Shown one piece after another: positions 45,334-55,143 of a DNA stretch of 64,000 bases (position 1 is the first letter of the stretch; each line of letters starts with the position of its first letter). The DNA is from a virus. Under the pieces are notes generated by a model, which made no database searches, was not told the origin of the DNA, and saw nothing but the letters and a program-made list of their open reading frames with translations. The position numbers were made by a program, and so were the translations under genes. Where the stretch lies: IMG/VR virus record IMGVR_UViG_2918493637_000007; one strand, 5' to 3'.

Positions 45334-48300
45334 TCAGTTGTTGAGCATGTTGCCCGGGCGCTGCTGCACGGCGAGCTCCTTCTGGATCATCGCGCGCATC
45401 ATCGTCTGGACCTGCGTTGCGGTCTGCTGGGCGAGGTCGGCGTTCTGCTCCTTGGTGCCGCCGGTCGCGTTCATCTGGATCGTGGGCGCGAGCGTCACGA
45501 TGTTGCCGGCCTGGGCGCCGCCCATCGCCGCCATCTGCTCCTTGGTGAACACGCCCTCGCCCTTCTGGGCGATGATCGGCACCTCGTCGGCGCCGATGAT
45601 GCCGCCCGTGTGGAAGCGGGGCGCGCCCGAGAAGATCGACGGCGAGACGTTCCGGGTCATGGAGAAGCCCGCGCCGACGATGCCGCCGGTGTGCATCGCG
45701 CCGAACAGCTTGGCGCCGCCGCCGGCCGAGCCCGCGGCCTTGGCGCTGCCGCCGCCCAGCAGCGACTTCAGGCCACCACCGACCCCGGAGCCGCCGAGCG
45801 CCGAGGACAGGAGATACCGGATCCCCATCTTGGTGATGTCCTTGGCGATCGACTGGAACAGGTCCGCGAAGTTCGCCTTGCCGGTGGTCACGAAGGTGGC
45901 GAGCTGATCGGTGGCGCTGTCGAGCCAGCCGGTCGCGGCCTTCTGCATGTTGTTGCCGAGGTCCGACCACTCCTTCTGCTGCTTGCCGAGCGGCGAGGAG
46001 GCCTCGATCCGCTTGCGCTCCGCGATGATCCGGTCGGCGAGCACCTTCTCGACGGCCGCGCGCTGGTCGGCGTTGCCCGAGACCTGGTTGAGCAGGTCCT
46101 GGAGCCGCTTCACCTCCTCCTGGTAGCTCGCCTCGCGCGCCTCGTCGGCCGTCATCAGCCCGCGGTTGATCTCGCGGGTCTTCTTCTGCTCGGCCTGGAT
46201 CGTCGAGGAGACCTCGTAGTCCTTCATGCGCTGGAACAGGGCGTCGTTCGACGCGGCGAGCGCGTCGTAGCCGGCCTGCGTGAACGACGGGTCGACCTTC
46301 ATCAGCTCCTGGTAGCGCTGCTGGTCGCGGAGCTGCTCGGCCCGGGCGCGCTGGACGCTGGCCGGCAGCTTGTAGGTGCCCTCCTCGTCGAGGCGCGCCT
46401 TGAGCTCGGCCTCCTTCACGTCCAGCTCGTCGCTCTGCTTGGCGCGCCGGTCCTCGGCCTGCTTCAGCCGGTTGCGCTCCTGCTGGGCGCGCGCGGCCGC
46501 GGCCTCGACCTCGTCGAGCTTCTGCGCGGAGGCGATCAGCTCCTTGTAGCGCTCGTTGTCCGGGTCCTTCTGGCCGTCGGCCGAGCCGAACTTGCCGTCG
46601 CGGATCAGGCGCCGGGTCTCGGACACGCGCTTGCCGTAGCCCTCCTCCTTCTCCGAGGCCTTCTCGGTGAGGTTGATGATGTTCTTGAGCGCGTCCTGCA
46701 CCTCGTTGTCGTTCTGCTCGATGGTCGCGAGCTGCTGGGCGGCGCGGGCCATCGACAGCTTCTCGGCGTCGGCCTGCGGGATCGTGGTCGGGATCCGGGC
46801 GCGGCTGTCCGTCGGGTTCACCGGGTAGTAGCCGGAGTCCTGCTCGACCGTGTTCCCGCCCTGCCGGCGCAGCGTGTCGCCATACCAGTCGCGCGCCTTG
46901 CCGGCGCCCGCGCCGGACTGGAGCCCCTCCCAGGTGCTCTTGAGCGCGGCGACCACCTTGTCGGTGAAGCCGTTGTCCTGGAGCTCCTTCAGCAGGTCGC
47001 CGCCGCCGGTGTTGCGGCTGTAGTCCTGCTGCGCGAGCTTCCAGGCGGCCGCGTCCTGGTTCTCAGGCGTGAAGGGCATGCCGCCCATGCCCAGGCTGTC
47101 CCAGGTCGAGGCGACGATCTGGTAGCGGCCGGCCGCCGACGACTGGCGCCCATCCCGGGTCGGCTCGTAGATGCGCGGGTGCTGGTCGTAGCTGTCGAAC
47201 GTGGCGCCGCCGCTCGGCGTGTAGCGCACGTTGTAGCGGCCGGCGCTCTCCGGGCCCGAGATCGCGTTCAGGAAGGCGATGGCCGCGGCCGGCAGGTTCG
47301 TCGAGACCGGGTCGGTCGAGGAGCCGCCCGTGACCTGGCCGTTGCGCGACACGGGCGAGTTGGGCACGCGGATGTTGGCGCCGATGTTGAGCTCGGTGAT
47401 CGCCGAGGCGTCGCCCCGGACCACGCCCATCCAGCGGGCGAGCTCCTTCATCTTCTCCAGCGCCTGGTCCGAGCCGCCGACGCCCTGGCCGCCGAGCAGC
47501 TTGCCCCACACGGTGCTCGCGGCGTCGGTCGCCTCCTTCTGGGCGGCCTGGAGCTGGGTGCGGGCGGCCGCGATGGCGCGCTCCATCGGGGTCTGGTTCG
47601 AGCCCATCCCCTTGTAGAGGTCGTTGTTCAGCCCGACGACGATCTTGTCGACCGCGGAGATGTTGCGGTTGCGCGCCTCGAACAGGTCCTGCTCGGCCTT
47701 CTGCTGGGCGTTGGTGGCGTCGCGGTCGAACTTGTTGCGGCCTTCCATCAGCTCGTCGAGCTTGGACTTCTCGGCCTGGGCCTGGAGGAGCTGGCCGATC
47801 AGCTCCTGCACGCGGCCGGAGTCGATCGGGCCATACTTGCCGGCCGCGAGCTTCGCCTGGAGCTCGGCCACCTCACCGGAAGCGCCGGTCAGGTTCGCGC
47901 GCACGCCCTGGATCGCCGCCGACAGATTGTCGAGCGCCGTCTTGCCCTTCTGGTAGAGCTTGTCCTCGTCGATCGGCTTGGCGAGGAGCGTCACGCCCAT
48001 CGGCTGCTTGGCCAGCGTGTCGCGCGCCTTCTGAGCGGCCTGCTGGCGCTTGACGTAGCCGTCCATCTCCCGCTCGAGGGCCTCCTTGGAGAGCCCGTCG
48101 GCCTTCTGCGCCTTGTCCTTGGCGTCCTCGTAGGCGGCCTGGGAGTTGGCGATCTGGAGATCGTAGATGCCGAGCTCGCGCTCCCGCTCGGCCTTGGCGT
48201 ATTCCGCCTTCAGCGCGTCGGTCGACTTGCCGGCCTTGGCCGCGGCGGCGAGCGCCGCCTCCTGCTTGTCGGCGAGCTCCTTGCCGTAGAGGTCGAACAG

Positions 48301-49947
48301 CCGGAGCTGATCGCGGCCGTTCTGGTCGAACACGCGCAGCTTCTCGTTGGCCACGCGTTCGGCCTGGTTGACCTGGTAGTCGGCGCTCACCTGGGAGGCG
48401 CGCTGCTCGTCGGCCTGGATCTTGGCGCGCTGGTCGGCGATCTGCTTGGTCAGCTCGGCCAGCCGGTCATCGCGCGAGCCGGAGCCCACGTAGATGCCCA
48501 CGTTCTGCACGCGCTTCTTCTCGGCCTCGAGCGCCGTGAGCTGCTCCTTCTCATCCTGGATCTGCTTGACGAACGATTTCAGGCTCTCCTTCGAGGCGCT
48601 GGCGCCGAACTTCTCGACCTCCTCGCGCGCCTCCTTGGCCTTCTTGCCGAACAGGTCGAAGTAGCTCACCGCGAACGTGATGCCGGCGCCGATCGCCACG
48701 AGCACGGGCGCGAGCTCGAGGAGCGCCACCGAGGTGGCGACGATGGCCGTGCGGACGGTGGCGAGCCCGGCCCGGAAGGTCGCGAACGAGGCGCCCGCGG
48801 CCGAGAGCGAGGTCTGCACCTGGTCGAACCGGGTCGGCAGCTCGCGGATCGCGACGCCCAGCGCCGTGATCTGGGCACTCGCCTGGCCGAAGGCGCTGCC
48901 GATGGCCATGAGCGCCTCGAGCACCTTGGTCGCGCCGATGCCGGTCGCGAGCGCGATGCCGACCTGGACGATCTCGGTGCGGAAGTAGGCGATGCGGCCG
49001 ACCGCGGTGTCGACGTAGCGGATCAGCGTCGTGAGCGCCGAGCCGATCGAGTTCGCGAGGTCGACGGCGCCCCGGCTCTGGAGGATCTCGTTGAGCTGGG
49101 CGGCCTTGGCCTTCACCGTGTCGAAGAACGCGCCGCTCTCGCCCACCTTCACGGCGAGGTCCTGGAAGCTCGAGCGGAGCTTCGTGACCATGCCGTTGTA
49201 GGTGTCCATCTGCGCGGCCGCGGCGCCTCCGAAGGTGCGCTCGAACTCGCCCGACATCGCCTGGATGGCGTTCTTGGCCTCGACGGTGCCGGTGGCCAGG
49301 AGCTTCGTCAGCTCGGAGTAGGTGACGCCCATCGACCGGGCCATCAGCTCGGCCGCGCGCGGGACCGCCTCACCGAGCTGCTGGCGCAGCTCCTCCATCT
49401 GCACGACGCCCTTGCCGGCCATCTGCTGGATCGCGAGCGAGGCGCGCTTGAGCTGCTCCTCGGAGCCGCCGAACGACGCGACGGCGTCCACGAGGCCGGT
49501 CATCGAGCCCTTGGTCGGGTCGATGCCGGCGCTCTTGAGCTTGACGAACACGTCCGTCAGCCCGGCCATCGTGTAGGGGGTGTTCTGGACCTGGTTGCGC
49601 AGGTAGGCGAAGTTGTCGCCGACCTCCTTGACCTTGTCGGCCGAGGTGGCGAGGCCCTCGAGGGTCTTGCGGGTGGTCTCGAACCCGGCGTTGACCTGGA
49701 TGATGGACTGCACCCAGTCGGTCGTGACCGACTGCAAGGTGCCGATCGCGCCCCGGACCTGGGAGAGGATGACCGTGACGTCGCGCAGCGAGCCGATCAG
49801 GCCCTGCGAGGCGCCCTGCATCGCGTTGACCTGGCGGATGCCCTGGCCGACGGAGGCGCGAAACTCGTCGACGGACTGGCCGGCGCGCAGCATCCGGGTC
49901 GTGAAGGAGCCGTCGTCCAGCTCAAGCTCTACCCGGATTGCAGTCAT
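45334..49947 (-). CDS. Tape measure protein with embedded lambda-type lysozyme domain
   Basis: 1537 aa helical; SLAIQQMAGKGVVQMEELRQQLGE tape-measure motif; SAAGRYQI...FTPENQD; C-terminal PRFHTGG. Confidence 0.93.
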   Translation of the reverse strand: MTAIRVELELDDGSFTTRMLRAGQSVDEFRASVGQGIRQVNAMQGASQGLIGSLRDVTVILSQVRGAIGTLQSVTTDWVQSIIQVNAGFETTRKTLEGLATSADKVKEVGDNFAYLRNQVQNTPYTMAGLTDVFVKLKSAGIDPTKGSMTGLVDAVASFGGSEEQLKRASLAIQQMAGKGVVQMEELRQQLGEAVPRAAELMARSMGVTYSELTKLLATGTVEAKNAIQAMSGEFERTFGGAAAAQMDTYNGMVTKLRSSFQDLAVKVGESGAFFDTVKAKAAQLNEILQSRGAVDLANSIGSALTTLIRYVDTAVGRIAYFRTEIVQVGIALATGIGATKVLEALMAIGSAFGQASAQITALGVAIRELPTRFDQVQTSLSAAGASFATFRAGLATVRTAIVATSVALLELAPVLVAIGAGITFAVSYFDLFGKKAKEAREEVEKFGASASKESLKSFVKQIQDEKEQLTALEAEKKRVQNVGIYVGSGSRDDRLAELTKQIADQRAKIQADEQRASQVSADYQVNQAERVANEKLRVFDQNGRDQLRLFDLYGKELADKQEAALAAAAKAGKSTDALKAEYAKAERERELGIYDLQIANSQAAYEDAKDKAQKADGLSKEALEREMDGYVKRQQAAQKARDTLAKQPMGVTLLAKPIDEDKLYQKGKTALDNLSAAIQGVRANLTGASGEVAELQAKLAAGKYGPIDSGRVQELIGQLLQAQAEKSKLDELMEGRNKFDRDATNAQQKAEQDLFEARNRNISAVDKIVVGLNNDLYKGMGSNQTPMERAIAAARTQLQAAQKEATDAASTVWGKLLGGQGVGGSDQALEKMKELARWMGVVRGDASAITELNIGANIRVPNSPVSRNGQVTGGSSTDPVSTNLPAAAIAFLNAISGPESAGRYNVRYTPSGGATFDSYDQHPRIYEPTRDGRQSSAAGRYQIVASTWDSLGMGGMPFTPENQDAAAWKLAQQDYSRNTGGGDLLKELQDNGFTDKVVAALKSTWEGLQSGAGAGKARDWYGDTLRRQGGNTVEQDSGYYPVNPTDSRARIPTTIPQADAEKLSMARAAQQLATIEQNDNEVQDALKNIINLTEKASEKEEGYGKRVSETRRLIRDGKFGSADGQKDPDNERYKELIASAQKLDEVEAAAARAQQERNRLKQAEDRRAKQSDELDVKEAELKARLDEEGTYKLPASVQRARAEQLRDQQRYQELMKVDPSFTQAGYDALAASNDALFQRMKDYEVSSTIQAEQKKTREINRGLMTADEAREASYQEEVKRLQDLLNQVSGNADQRAAVEKVLADRIIAERKRIEASSPLGKQQKEWSDLGNNMQKAATGWLDSATDQLATFVTTGKANFADLFQSIAKDITKMGIRYLLSSALGGSGVGGGLKSLLGGGSAKAAGSAGGGAKLFGAMHTGGIVGAGFSMTRNVSPSIFSGAPRFHTGGIIGADEVPIIAQKGEGVFTKEQMAAMGGAQAGNIVTLAPTIQMNATGGTKEQNADLAQQTATQVQTMMRAMIQKELAVQQRPGNMLNN

Positions 49948-49951
49948 CGCC

Positions 49952-50287
49952 TCAGAAACCCCGTGCCATCGCTTTCAGGTCTGCGAGCCCCGCGCGGTCC
50001 AGCTCCTCCTGTGTGGCCTTGCCCTCGTCCTTGACCTTGATGACCACGCCCATCTGCTTGCGAAGGCGCTCCTGCATCTGGCCGTAGGCCTCCGAGGAGG
50101 TCGCGGACGCCACCAACTGCAACTGCCGGAGATCGACTTCCGAGAGGATGCGGTCGATGTTCTTGGAGTAGAGCCAGAACGTCTTGAGCGGCATGCGCAT
50201 GACGTCCTGGAACTTCATCCCGTAGTGATACGAGACGCGGGAGACGAAGAAGCCGAAGTCGATCGCCTCTACGCCGCCGCCGCCGGG
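49952..50287 (-). CDS. Tail assembly chaperone, T portion (read by -1 frameshift from G)
   Basis: Open -1 frame from the slippery site: PGGGGVEAIDFGFFVSRVSYHYGMKFQDVMRMPLKTFW... Confidence 0.75.
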   Translation of the reverse strand, partial: PGGGGVEAIDFGFFVSRVSYHYGMKFQDVMRMPLKTFWLYSKNIDRILSEVDLRQLQLVASATSSEAYGQMQERLRKQMGVVIKVKDEGKATQEELDRAGLADLKAMARGF

Positions 50288-50607
50288 TTTCCCTCGGAGG
50301 CCTCACCCGACACCTTCTTGGTGCCGTCGTTCTCCTGGGCGATGCCCATGAGCTTGTTCAGGTTCACGAGCGGGAGCTTGCGCAGCATCTCGTCGGTCAT
50401 CGACGGGAAGGCCCGCAGGATGATCTGGATCAGGCCCGAGACCTCGGCGTCGATGTCGCCGTCCTTGCCCAGGGTCTGGAGCAGCTTGGTGTTGGCGATG
50501 AAGTCCTCGACCGACACGGGCACCAGCTTGTGGCGCTTGCCGCCGAGCTTGGCGACGATGTCGGGGAACTGGTCCACCGCGTCGAGGTCGATGATCTTCG
50601 TGGACAT
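50269..50607 (-). CDS. Tail assembly chaperone G
   Basis: ATG at 50607, lying between tail tube and tape measure genes; GGGAAAC near the 3' end. Confidence 0.8.
   Translation of the reverse strand: MSTKIIDLDAVDQFPDIVAKLGGKRHKLVPVSVEDFIANTKLLQTLGKDGDIDAEVSGLIQIILRAFPSMTDEMLRKLPLVNLNKLMGIAQENDGTKKVSGEASEGNPAAAA
50287..50293 (-). other. -1 ribosomal frameshift slippery heptamer G GGA AAC
   Basis: XXXYYYZ in the correct phase (GAG GGA AAC); the -1 frame joins the downstream ORF. Confidence 0.8.
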
Positions 50608-50694
50608 GCTGCCCTTCTGCGCTCGTGAAAATGACTTGCCGAGCGGATGCACGGAAAGTCAGTGGTGACTTATCTTGCCCCGAAAGGCAAGGGC

Positions 50695-51225
50695 TTACGC
50701 GCCGGCGACGGCGTCGTCGCCCACGTAGAACAGCGTGCCGTCCTTCGGGTCCGGGTAGCCCTTGAACGTGCAGTTGTAGATCCGCTCGTTCTCCAGCTCG
50801 TAGGCGAACTGGAGGCCACCGGCGGTCGCCGCCAGCGGGATCACGAAGTCGTCCGAGTTGTCGGTGGCCGCGTTGGACTTCGGGTGGAACCGCAGCTCCT
50901 TGGCGATCTTCAGCAGCGAGGTGCCGACGCCGTTGGGGATCACGACCTTCTTCTTGGTCGGGTCGTCCTTGTCGGTCACGATGACCGCGCCGGGCATGAT
51001 CTTGACCATGTTCTCGATGGTCGTCTCGGCCAGCGGGACCTTCGCGGTCACGGTCCGGCCCATGATGACCTCGTCGATCGGCGACTTGCCGAACTGGTCG
51101 ATCTCGACCTCGTGGGTGTCGGTCGTCACCTCGACGGACACGCCGCCCTTGGTGTAGCCGAGGTCTTCCTCTCCGAAGAAGACGGCGCACACGCCCATCT
51201 TCACGTTCTTGGTATCGGACGCCAT
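50695..51225 (-). CDS. Major tail tube protein
   Basis: DLGYTKGGVSVEV..D..EVEIDQFG, FAYELENERIYNCTF. Confidence 0.85.
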   Translation of the reverse strand: MASDTKNVKMGVCAVFFGEEDLGYTKGGVSVEVTTDTHEVEIDQFGKSPIDEVIMGRTVTAKVPLAETTIENMVKIMPGAVIVTDKDDPTKKKVVIPNGVGTSLLKIAKELRFHPKSNAATDNSDDFVIPLAATAGGLQFAYELENERIYNCTFKGYPDPKDGTLFYVGDDAVAGA

Positions 51226-51300
51226 CTCAAATCTCCTTCGCCGAGCCGTCGTCTGCCTTCGCGGATCGTCTCTCGCGAAGATGAATCAGTGGTGACTTAC

Positions 51301-51329
51301 ATTCTATCGCAGCACGTAGCAGGCGTCCA
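51301..51329 (-). promoter_or_regulatory. Sigma70-like promoter for tail tube, operator at the start site
   Basis: TGGACG-17nt-TAGAAT followed by the operator at 51283-51298. Confidence 0.6.
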
Positions 51330-51702
51330 GGTTGATGGACCACTCCTTCCCGTTTCCGTCGGAGCGGGGGTAGATGATCGGCAGCGTGCGCGGGCGCAGG
51401 TAGTTCACGAACATGACCTCGACGCCCTTGTCGTCGGTGAAGCTCCGGTCCGTGAAGGTGAGCGCCTCGGAGACCTTCCGGGCCAGCGCGTCGCCGGTGG
51501 CGACCTTCTGGGCGCGCACGATCGCCTGCACCTGGCCCTTCAGGTAGCCCGGGATCTCCCAGTCGATCGGCACGCCGAGGATCGGCAGCCTCAGCAGCAC
51601 GCCGGCCCGGGCGTCGGCCGGCATCTCGTCCTCGAAGATGGACGTGCCGGGCGTGCCGATCTTGGCGGCCTCGAGCAGGTCGGCGAGCAGGTCGATGCGC
51701 AT
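51304..51702 (-). CDS. Tail terminator / minor tail protein
   Basis: Position between neck and tube; QAIVRA, IIYPRSDGNG.EWSIN. Confidence 0.7.
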   Translation of the reverse strand: MRIDLLADLLEAAKIGTPGTSIFEDEMPADARAGVLLRLPILGVPIDWEIPGYLKGQVQAIVRAQKVATGDALARKVSEALTFTDRSFTDDKGVEVMFVNYLRPRTLPIIYPRSDGNGKEWSINLDACYVLR

Positions 51703-52157
51703 CAGAGGGACTTCCCGCGAATGGCCGCGAGGACGGCCTGGATGAGCGAGGGCTGGACCTTGGGCGCCTCGGCCTGGGCCGCGCGCTCGAGGAACTTGGA
51801 GCCGATGTGCCGACCGGGGTTGGCCTCCATCTTGGCGAGCGTGCCCGGGCCGGCGCGCTTGGCGTCGTAGTTCTCGTGGACCTCGACGGCGTAGAGGTCG
51901 ACGTTCACGCCGTCGACGAAGCCGCCGACGTCGATGTCGATCTGAAGCCGGCCCCGGAAGGTCGAGTAGCTCTTGGTCTGCCGGATCGAGTCCTCCAGCG
52001 CGTGGGTGTCCACGGGCGCGTTGAGCTTGGCCTCCTTGGTGATCCGGTCGGCGGCCGCCTGCATCACCTTGCGGGCGTTGGCCGGCACCAGGAGCCCGGT
52101 CGAGCGGAGCTGCGCCTGGAGCTCGACGTCCCCGGTCATGCGCATGCCGACGTTCAC
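51702..52157 (-). CDS. HK97 gp10-like tail completion/neck protein
   Basis: AKLNAPVDTHALEDSI, YAVEVHE, KFLERA. Confidence 0.78.
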   Translation of the reverse strand: MNVGMRMTGDVELQAQLRSTGLLVPANARKVMQAAADRITKEAKLNAPVDTHALEDSIRQTKSYSTFRGRLQIDIDVGGFVDGVNVDLYAVEVHENYDAKRAGPGTLAKMEANPGRHIGSKFLERAAQAEAPKVQPSLIQAVLAAIRGKSL

Positions 52158-52531
52158 GACACGATCTCCTCGCTGTCTTCGTCGTCGTCCCAGAGCACCA
52201 GGGTCGTGTCCCAGTGGTCGAGCTTGCCGAACACGTCGCGCCGGGGCTCGACGCCCTCGATGCGCAGGACCACGCCGTCGATCTTGAAGCGGTCGCCGCG
52301 CTGCGGGCGCGTCTCGACCCGGAACAGGATCCGCGCGTCGGCCACCTGCTCCTCGGCGTTGCCGTGGGTCGCCGACTGGTCGGTGCGCACGCTGGTCGGC
52401 GCCACCTGGGCGCGGAGCTGGATCAGGTCGCAGCGCACGATCTCGGAGGCGGCCGCGTAGAGAGGCTCGCCGCGGCGCGAGTTGCCGATCTTGCGGGTGA
52501 GCGTGCCCGTCGTGTTGCCGATCAGGTTCAT
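52154..52531 (-). CDS. Head closure / head-tail joining protein
   Basis: ATG at 52531; RGEPLY...PQRGDRF.IDG..LRI; position in the neck cluster. Confidence 0.65.
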   Translation of the reverse strand: MNLIGNTTGTLTRKIGNSRRGEPLYAAASEIVRCDLIQLRAQVAPTSVRTDQSATHGNAEEQVADARILFRVETRPQRGDRFKIDGVVLRIEGVEPRRDVFGKLDHWDTTLVLWDDDEDSEEIVS

Positions 52532-53304
52532 CGCGTGCCTCGCAGCGCCGCCGGCACGCGCAGGCGCGCCTCCGCGTTCGGGTGGAAGATGTCGTTGCGG
52601 ATCTCGCCGTAGGCCGGCAGCGCCGTGCTCGGGCCCAGGGCGACCTGCAGGCCGTGAACGCCGGCCTTGCCGTGGGTGTGCTCGACCTCGGCGACCGCGA
52701 TGCCGGCCTCGGAGAGCACGGCGAGCACCACCTCGTTGTAGGCGGACAGCAGCGCCTGGCGCCACGTCGTGCGCACGAACAGCCGGGACGGCCACTTCGA
52801 GGAGCGCCGGTCCCGGAAGTAGAAGGCCGGCGCCTCGGCGGACGCGAACTGGTGCTCCATCAACGCGCGCCGGACCGTCGAGCCCTTGGCCCGGGCGGTG
52901 AGCTGCGCCTGGAGGAAGGCGTGCCGGATCGCCTGCTGAAGCTGCGCGACGTCGCGCTCGATCTGGATCGTGATCTCGCGCAGCAGATAGTGCTCGGTCG
53001 CGCTCAGCAGCTCGCTGGCAGCTTCCGTGAGCGCGCGCTCAGTCGTGCTGCCCAGATCGTCGGCCGCGTCTGAGAGCGCGTCTGCTGAGACCTGGCGGAT
53101 CGCGCTCGTGATGTGACCCTCCTCGGCCGCGAGGTAGGTCCGGGCGAGCTCGTAGGCGCGGCTCCCCGCGCGCTCGACGGCCGGCACGTAGCCGGCGTCG
53201 CGCTGCCCCAGCGCCTCGGTGTAGAGGGCGCCCCAGGCGTCCACGAGCGCCTGGTAGCGGGCGCCCGCGGCGTCGGCCGCCTGGGTCATGAGGTTGAGCG
53301 TCAT
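52528..53304 (-). CDS. Putative head morphogenesis protein
   Basis: ATG at 53304 overlapping the upstream stop; C-terminal FHPN motif. Confidence 0.6.
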   Translation of the reverse strand: MTLNLMTQAADAAGARYQALVDAWGALYTEALGQRDAGYVPAVERAGSRAYELARTYLAAEEGHITSAIRQVSADALSDAADDLGSTTERALTEAASELLSATEHYLLREITIQIERDVAQLQQAIRHAFLQAQLTARAKGSTVRRALMEHQFASAEAPAFYFRDRRSSKWPSRLFVRTTWRQALLSAYNEVVLAVLSEAGIAVAEVEHTHGKAGVHGLQVALGPSTALPAYGEIRNDIFHPNAEARLRVPAALRGTR

Positions 53305-54119
53305 CACGCGCGGGCGAGCCTCGAGCGGATCTCGATGAAGCCGGTGAGGTGGGCGAGCGTCTCCTTCGAGATCCCGAGCTCCAGCGGCTTGCCCGAGCGG
53401 AACATCGCCGAGCTCTCGCCGGTGGTCTTCGACAGCAGGCCCTGCGAGCGCGCTTCGTCGGCCGTGCCCGAGGTCAGGATGGCGTTGGCCTCCTGGACCT
53501 GGGCGCGCAGCAGCGCGGAGCGGAAGTCGGGGTTCAGCGTCTCGAACCACTCCGGGGTCATCGCCTGCCACTCGCGCGGCACGATGCGGTCGATGACGCC
53601 GCCGATCGTGTTGAAGCTCCGATCGCAGCCGTCGTCGTAGCCCGGCGGCAGCACGCGGTAGCCGAAGCGGGTGAGACGCCGGAACGCCTCGATCAGCGCC
53701 GGCTCCTGGTCAGTCTGCTCGAGGGCGTTGAAGCTCTCGATCCGCGGCATGTCGGCCGCGGCCATGACCAGGCGCTCGTAGGTGCCGAACGAGTTCACGA
53801 GGTAGCGCAGGCGCAGGCCCGCGCGCAGGAGCACGCTCTCGCGCAGCTCGATCACGCCGTCGGCCGTGGTGAGCTCGACCTCGACGACGCGCACGGCCAG
53901 CGGCACGTCCACGGGGAGCGCGTTGACCGAGGCCGGGACCTTGTAGGTGATCGCGTCCTGCTCGAGCACGGACGCATCGGGGATTTCGGGCCCGTGCAGG
54001 ACCCGGCCGTCCTCGTTGAGGACGGTGACGATGATCCCGGTCGGCTGGACCGCGACGCCCTGGGCGTTCTGGAACGGGACCGTGACGGAGAAGGCGCAGC
54101 CGGCCGGGAGGTTCTTCAT
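53304..54119 (-). CDS. Putative head-tail adaptor
   Basis: C-terminal AQVQEA..IL...R.QGL.S.T.GESS motif typical of adaptors. Confidence 0.6.
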   Translation of the reverse strand: MKNLPAGCAFSVTVPFQNAQGVAVQPTGIIVTVLNEDGRVLHGPEIPDASVLEQDAITYKVPASVNALPVDVPLAVRVVEVELTTADGVIELRESVLLRAGLRLRYLVNSFGTYERLVMAAADMPRIESFNALEQTDQEPALIEAFRRLTRFGYRVLPPGYDDGCDRSFNTIGGVIDRIVPREWQAMTPEWFETLNPDFRSALLRAQVQEANAILTSGTADEARSQGLLSKTTGESSAMFRSGKPLELGISKETLAHLTGFIEIRSRLARA

Positions 54120-54124
54120 CGGGA

Positions 54125-54850
54125 TCAGGCCTGCTCGCTGCCGTCGGCGCCCGGGCCGGCGTCGGTGTTCTTGGCGCTGGGCGGGGTCGTGGCCTTCGGC
54201 TTGCCGTCCTCGTCGGTCTCGGCCTCCTCGGAGCTCTCACCGTCCTGCTGGCCGTCCTGCTGGCCGTTCTGCTCGCCGCCCTGCTCGCCGGCCTTATCGT
54301 CCTCGCCCTCGACGACCTCGTTCGGGGTCGAGGCGCCGGCGTTGGCCTGGTCCTCGCGCACCAGGTGCCCGGCGTGCTCCAGCTCGGCCTTGAGCCGCAG
54401 CTCGGCCTTCAGGATCACCTGGATCGCCTTGTTGATCGAGACCGCCTTGATGTTGAGCGGGTCCATGATCGCCCGGAGCCCGGCGAGGCCCTTGGTCTCG
54501 GCGAGCTTCTCCAGCTCGTCCTTGGTGTGGAAGGTGATCGTGGTCGGGTCGACGGCCTTGGCGGCGCGGGGCGCGGCCGGGACGCTCGGCTCGTCGCTGG
54601 CGCGCGCGAGCGGCGTCAGGACCTCGGCCGGGATCGACATCGAGCCGTCGGTGAGCATCCGGTGCTGGAGCGCGGGGTTCTCGCCCTCGTCCCCCTCGTC
54701 GTCCACCTCGATCAGGGAGAGCGACGCGCCGATCTTGACGATCTCGCGCCGGCCGACGTGGTCGACCGAGATGCCGTCCTTGAACAGCGTGATGCCGATC
54801 TCGCCGGTGAAGCCGGCCCAGCCGGGCTGGGTGATCTTGATGCGCGCCAT
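54125..54850 (-). CDS. Hypothetical head-region protein
   Basis: 241 aa with acidic tail. Confidence 0.65.
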   Translation of the reverse strand: MARIKITQPGWAGFTGEIGITLFKDGISVDHVGRREIVKIGASLSLIEVDDEGDEGENPALQHRMLTDGSMSIPAEVLTPLARASDEPSVPAAPRAAKAVDPTTITFHTKDELEKLAETKGLAGLRAIMDPLNIKAVSINKAIQVILKAELRLKAELEHAGHLVREDQANAGASTPNEVVEGEDDKAGEQGGEQNGQQDGQQDGESSEEAETDEDGKPKATTPPSAKNTDAGPGADGSEQA

Positions 54851-54851
54851 C

Positions 54852-55115
54852 TCAGGCCCCCGCGATCATCTGCTGGAGCGAGCCGTCATTGTCGGCCAGC
54901 GCGAGCTGGGTGAAGCCGCCGATCAGCCGCTCGCCGACGAAGATCTGCGGGGCCGTGAAGGTCTCGGAGCCGACGCGGCCGGCGACGTAGGCGCGGGCGC
55001 CCGGGTCGGCCTTCATGTCGGCGTAGCTGTGGTCGTAGGCGCGGTTCTCGCAGAGCGCCTTGGCGCGGGCACACCAGATGCAGTCCGGCTGCCCGTAGAT
55101 GCGGATCGCTGGCAT
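54852..55115 (-). CDS. Glutaredoxin
   Basis: YGQPDCIWCARAK (CxxC), TAPQIFVGERLIGGF. Confidence 0.9.
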   Translation of the reverse strand: MPAIRIYGQPDCIWCARAKALCENRAYDHSYADMKADPGARAYVAGRVGSETFTAPQIFVGERLIGGFTQLALADNDGSLQQMIAGA

Positions 55116-55143
55116 CTGGGTCCTTGCAGGGTTCGAGACGACG

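Noticed and set aside
45610-50034. 1474-aa plus-strand ORF, and similar long antisense or alternate-frame ORFs (12088-14463, 37087-40116, 37763-42193, 40717-42678, 25611-26939, 58927-60354)
   Set aside because: Shadow ORFs of real minus-strand genes caused by stop-codon scarcity at very high GC; no motifs or RBS.
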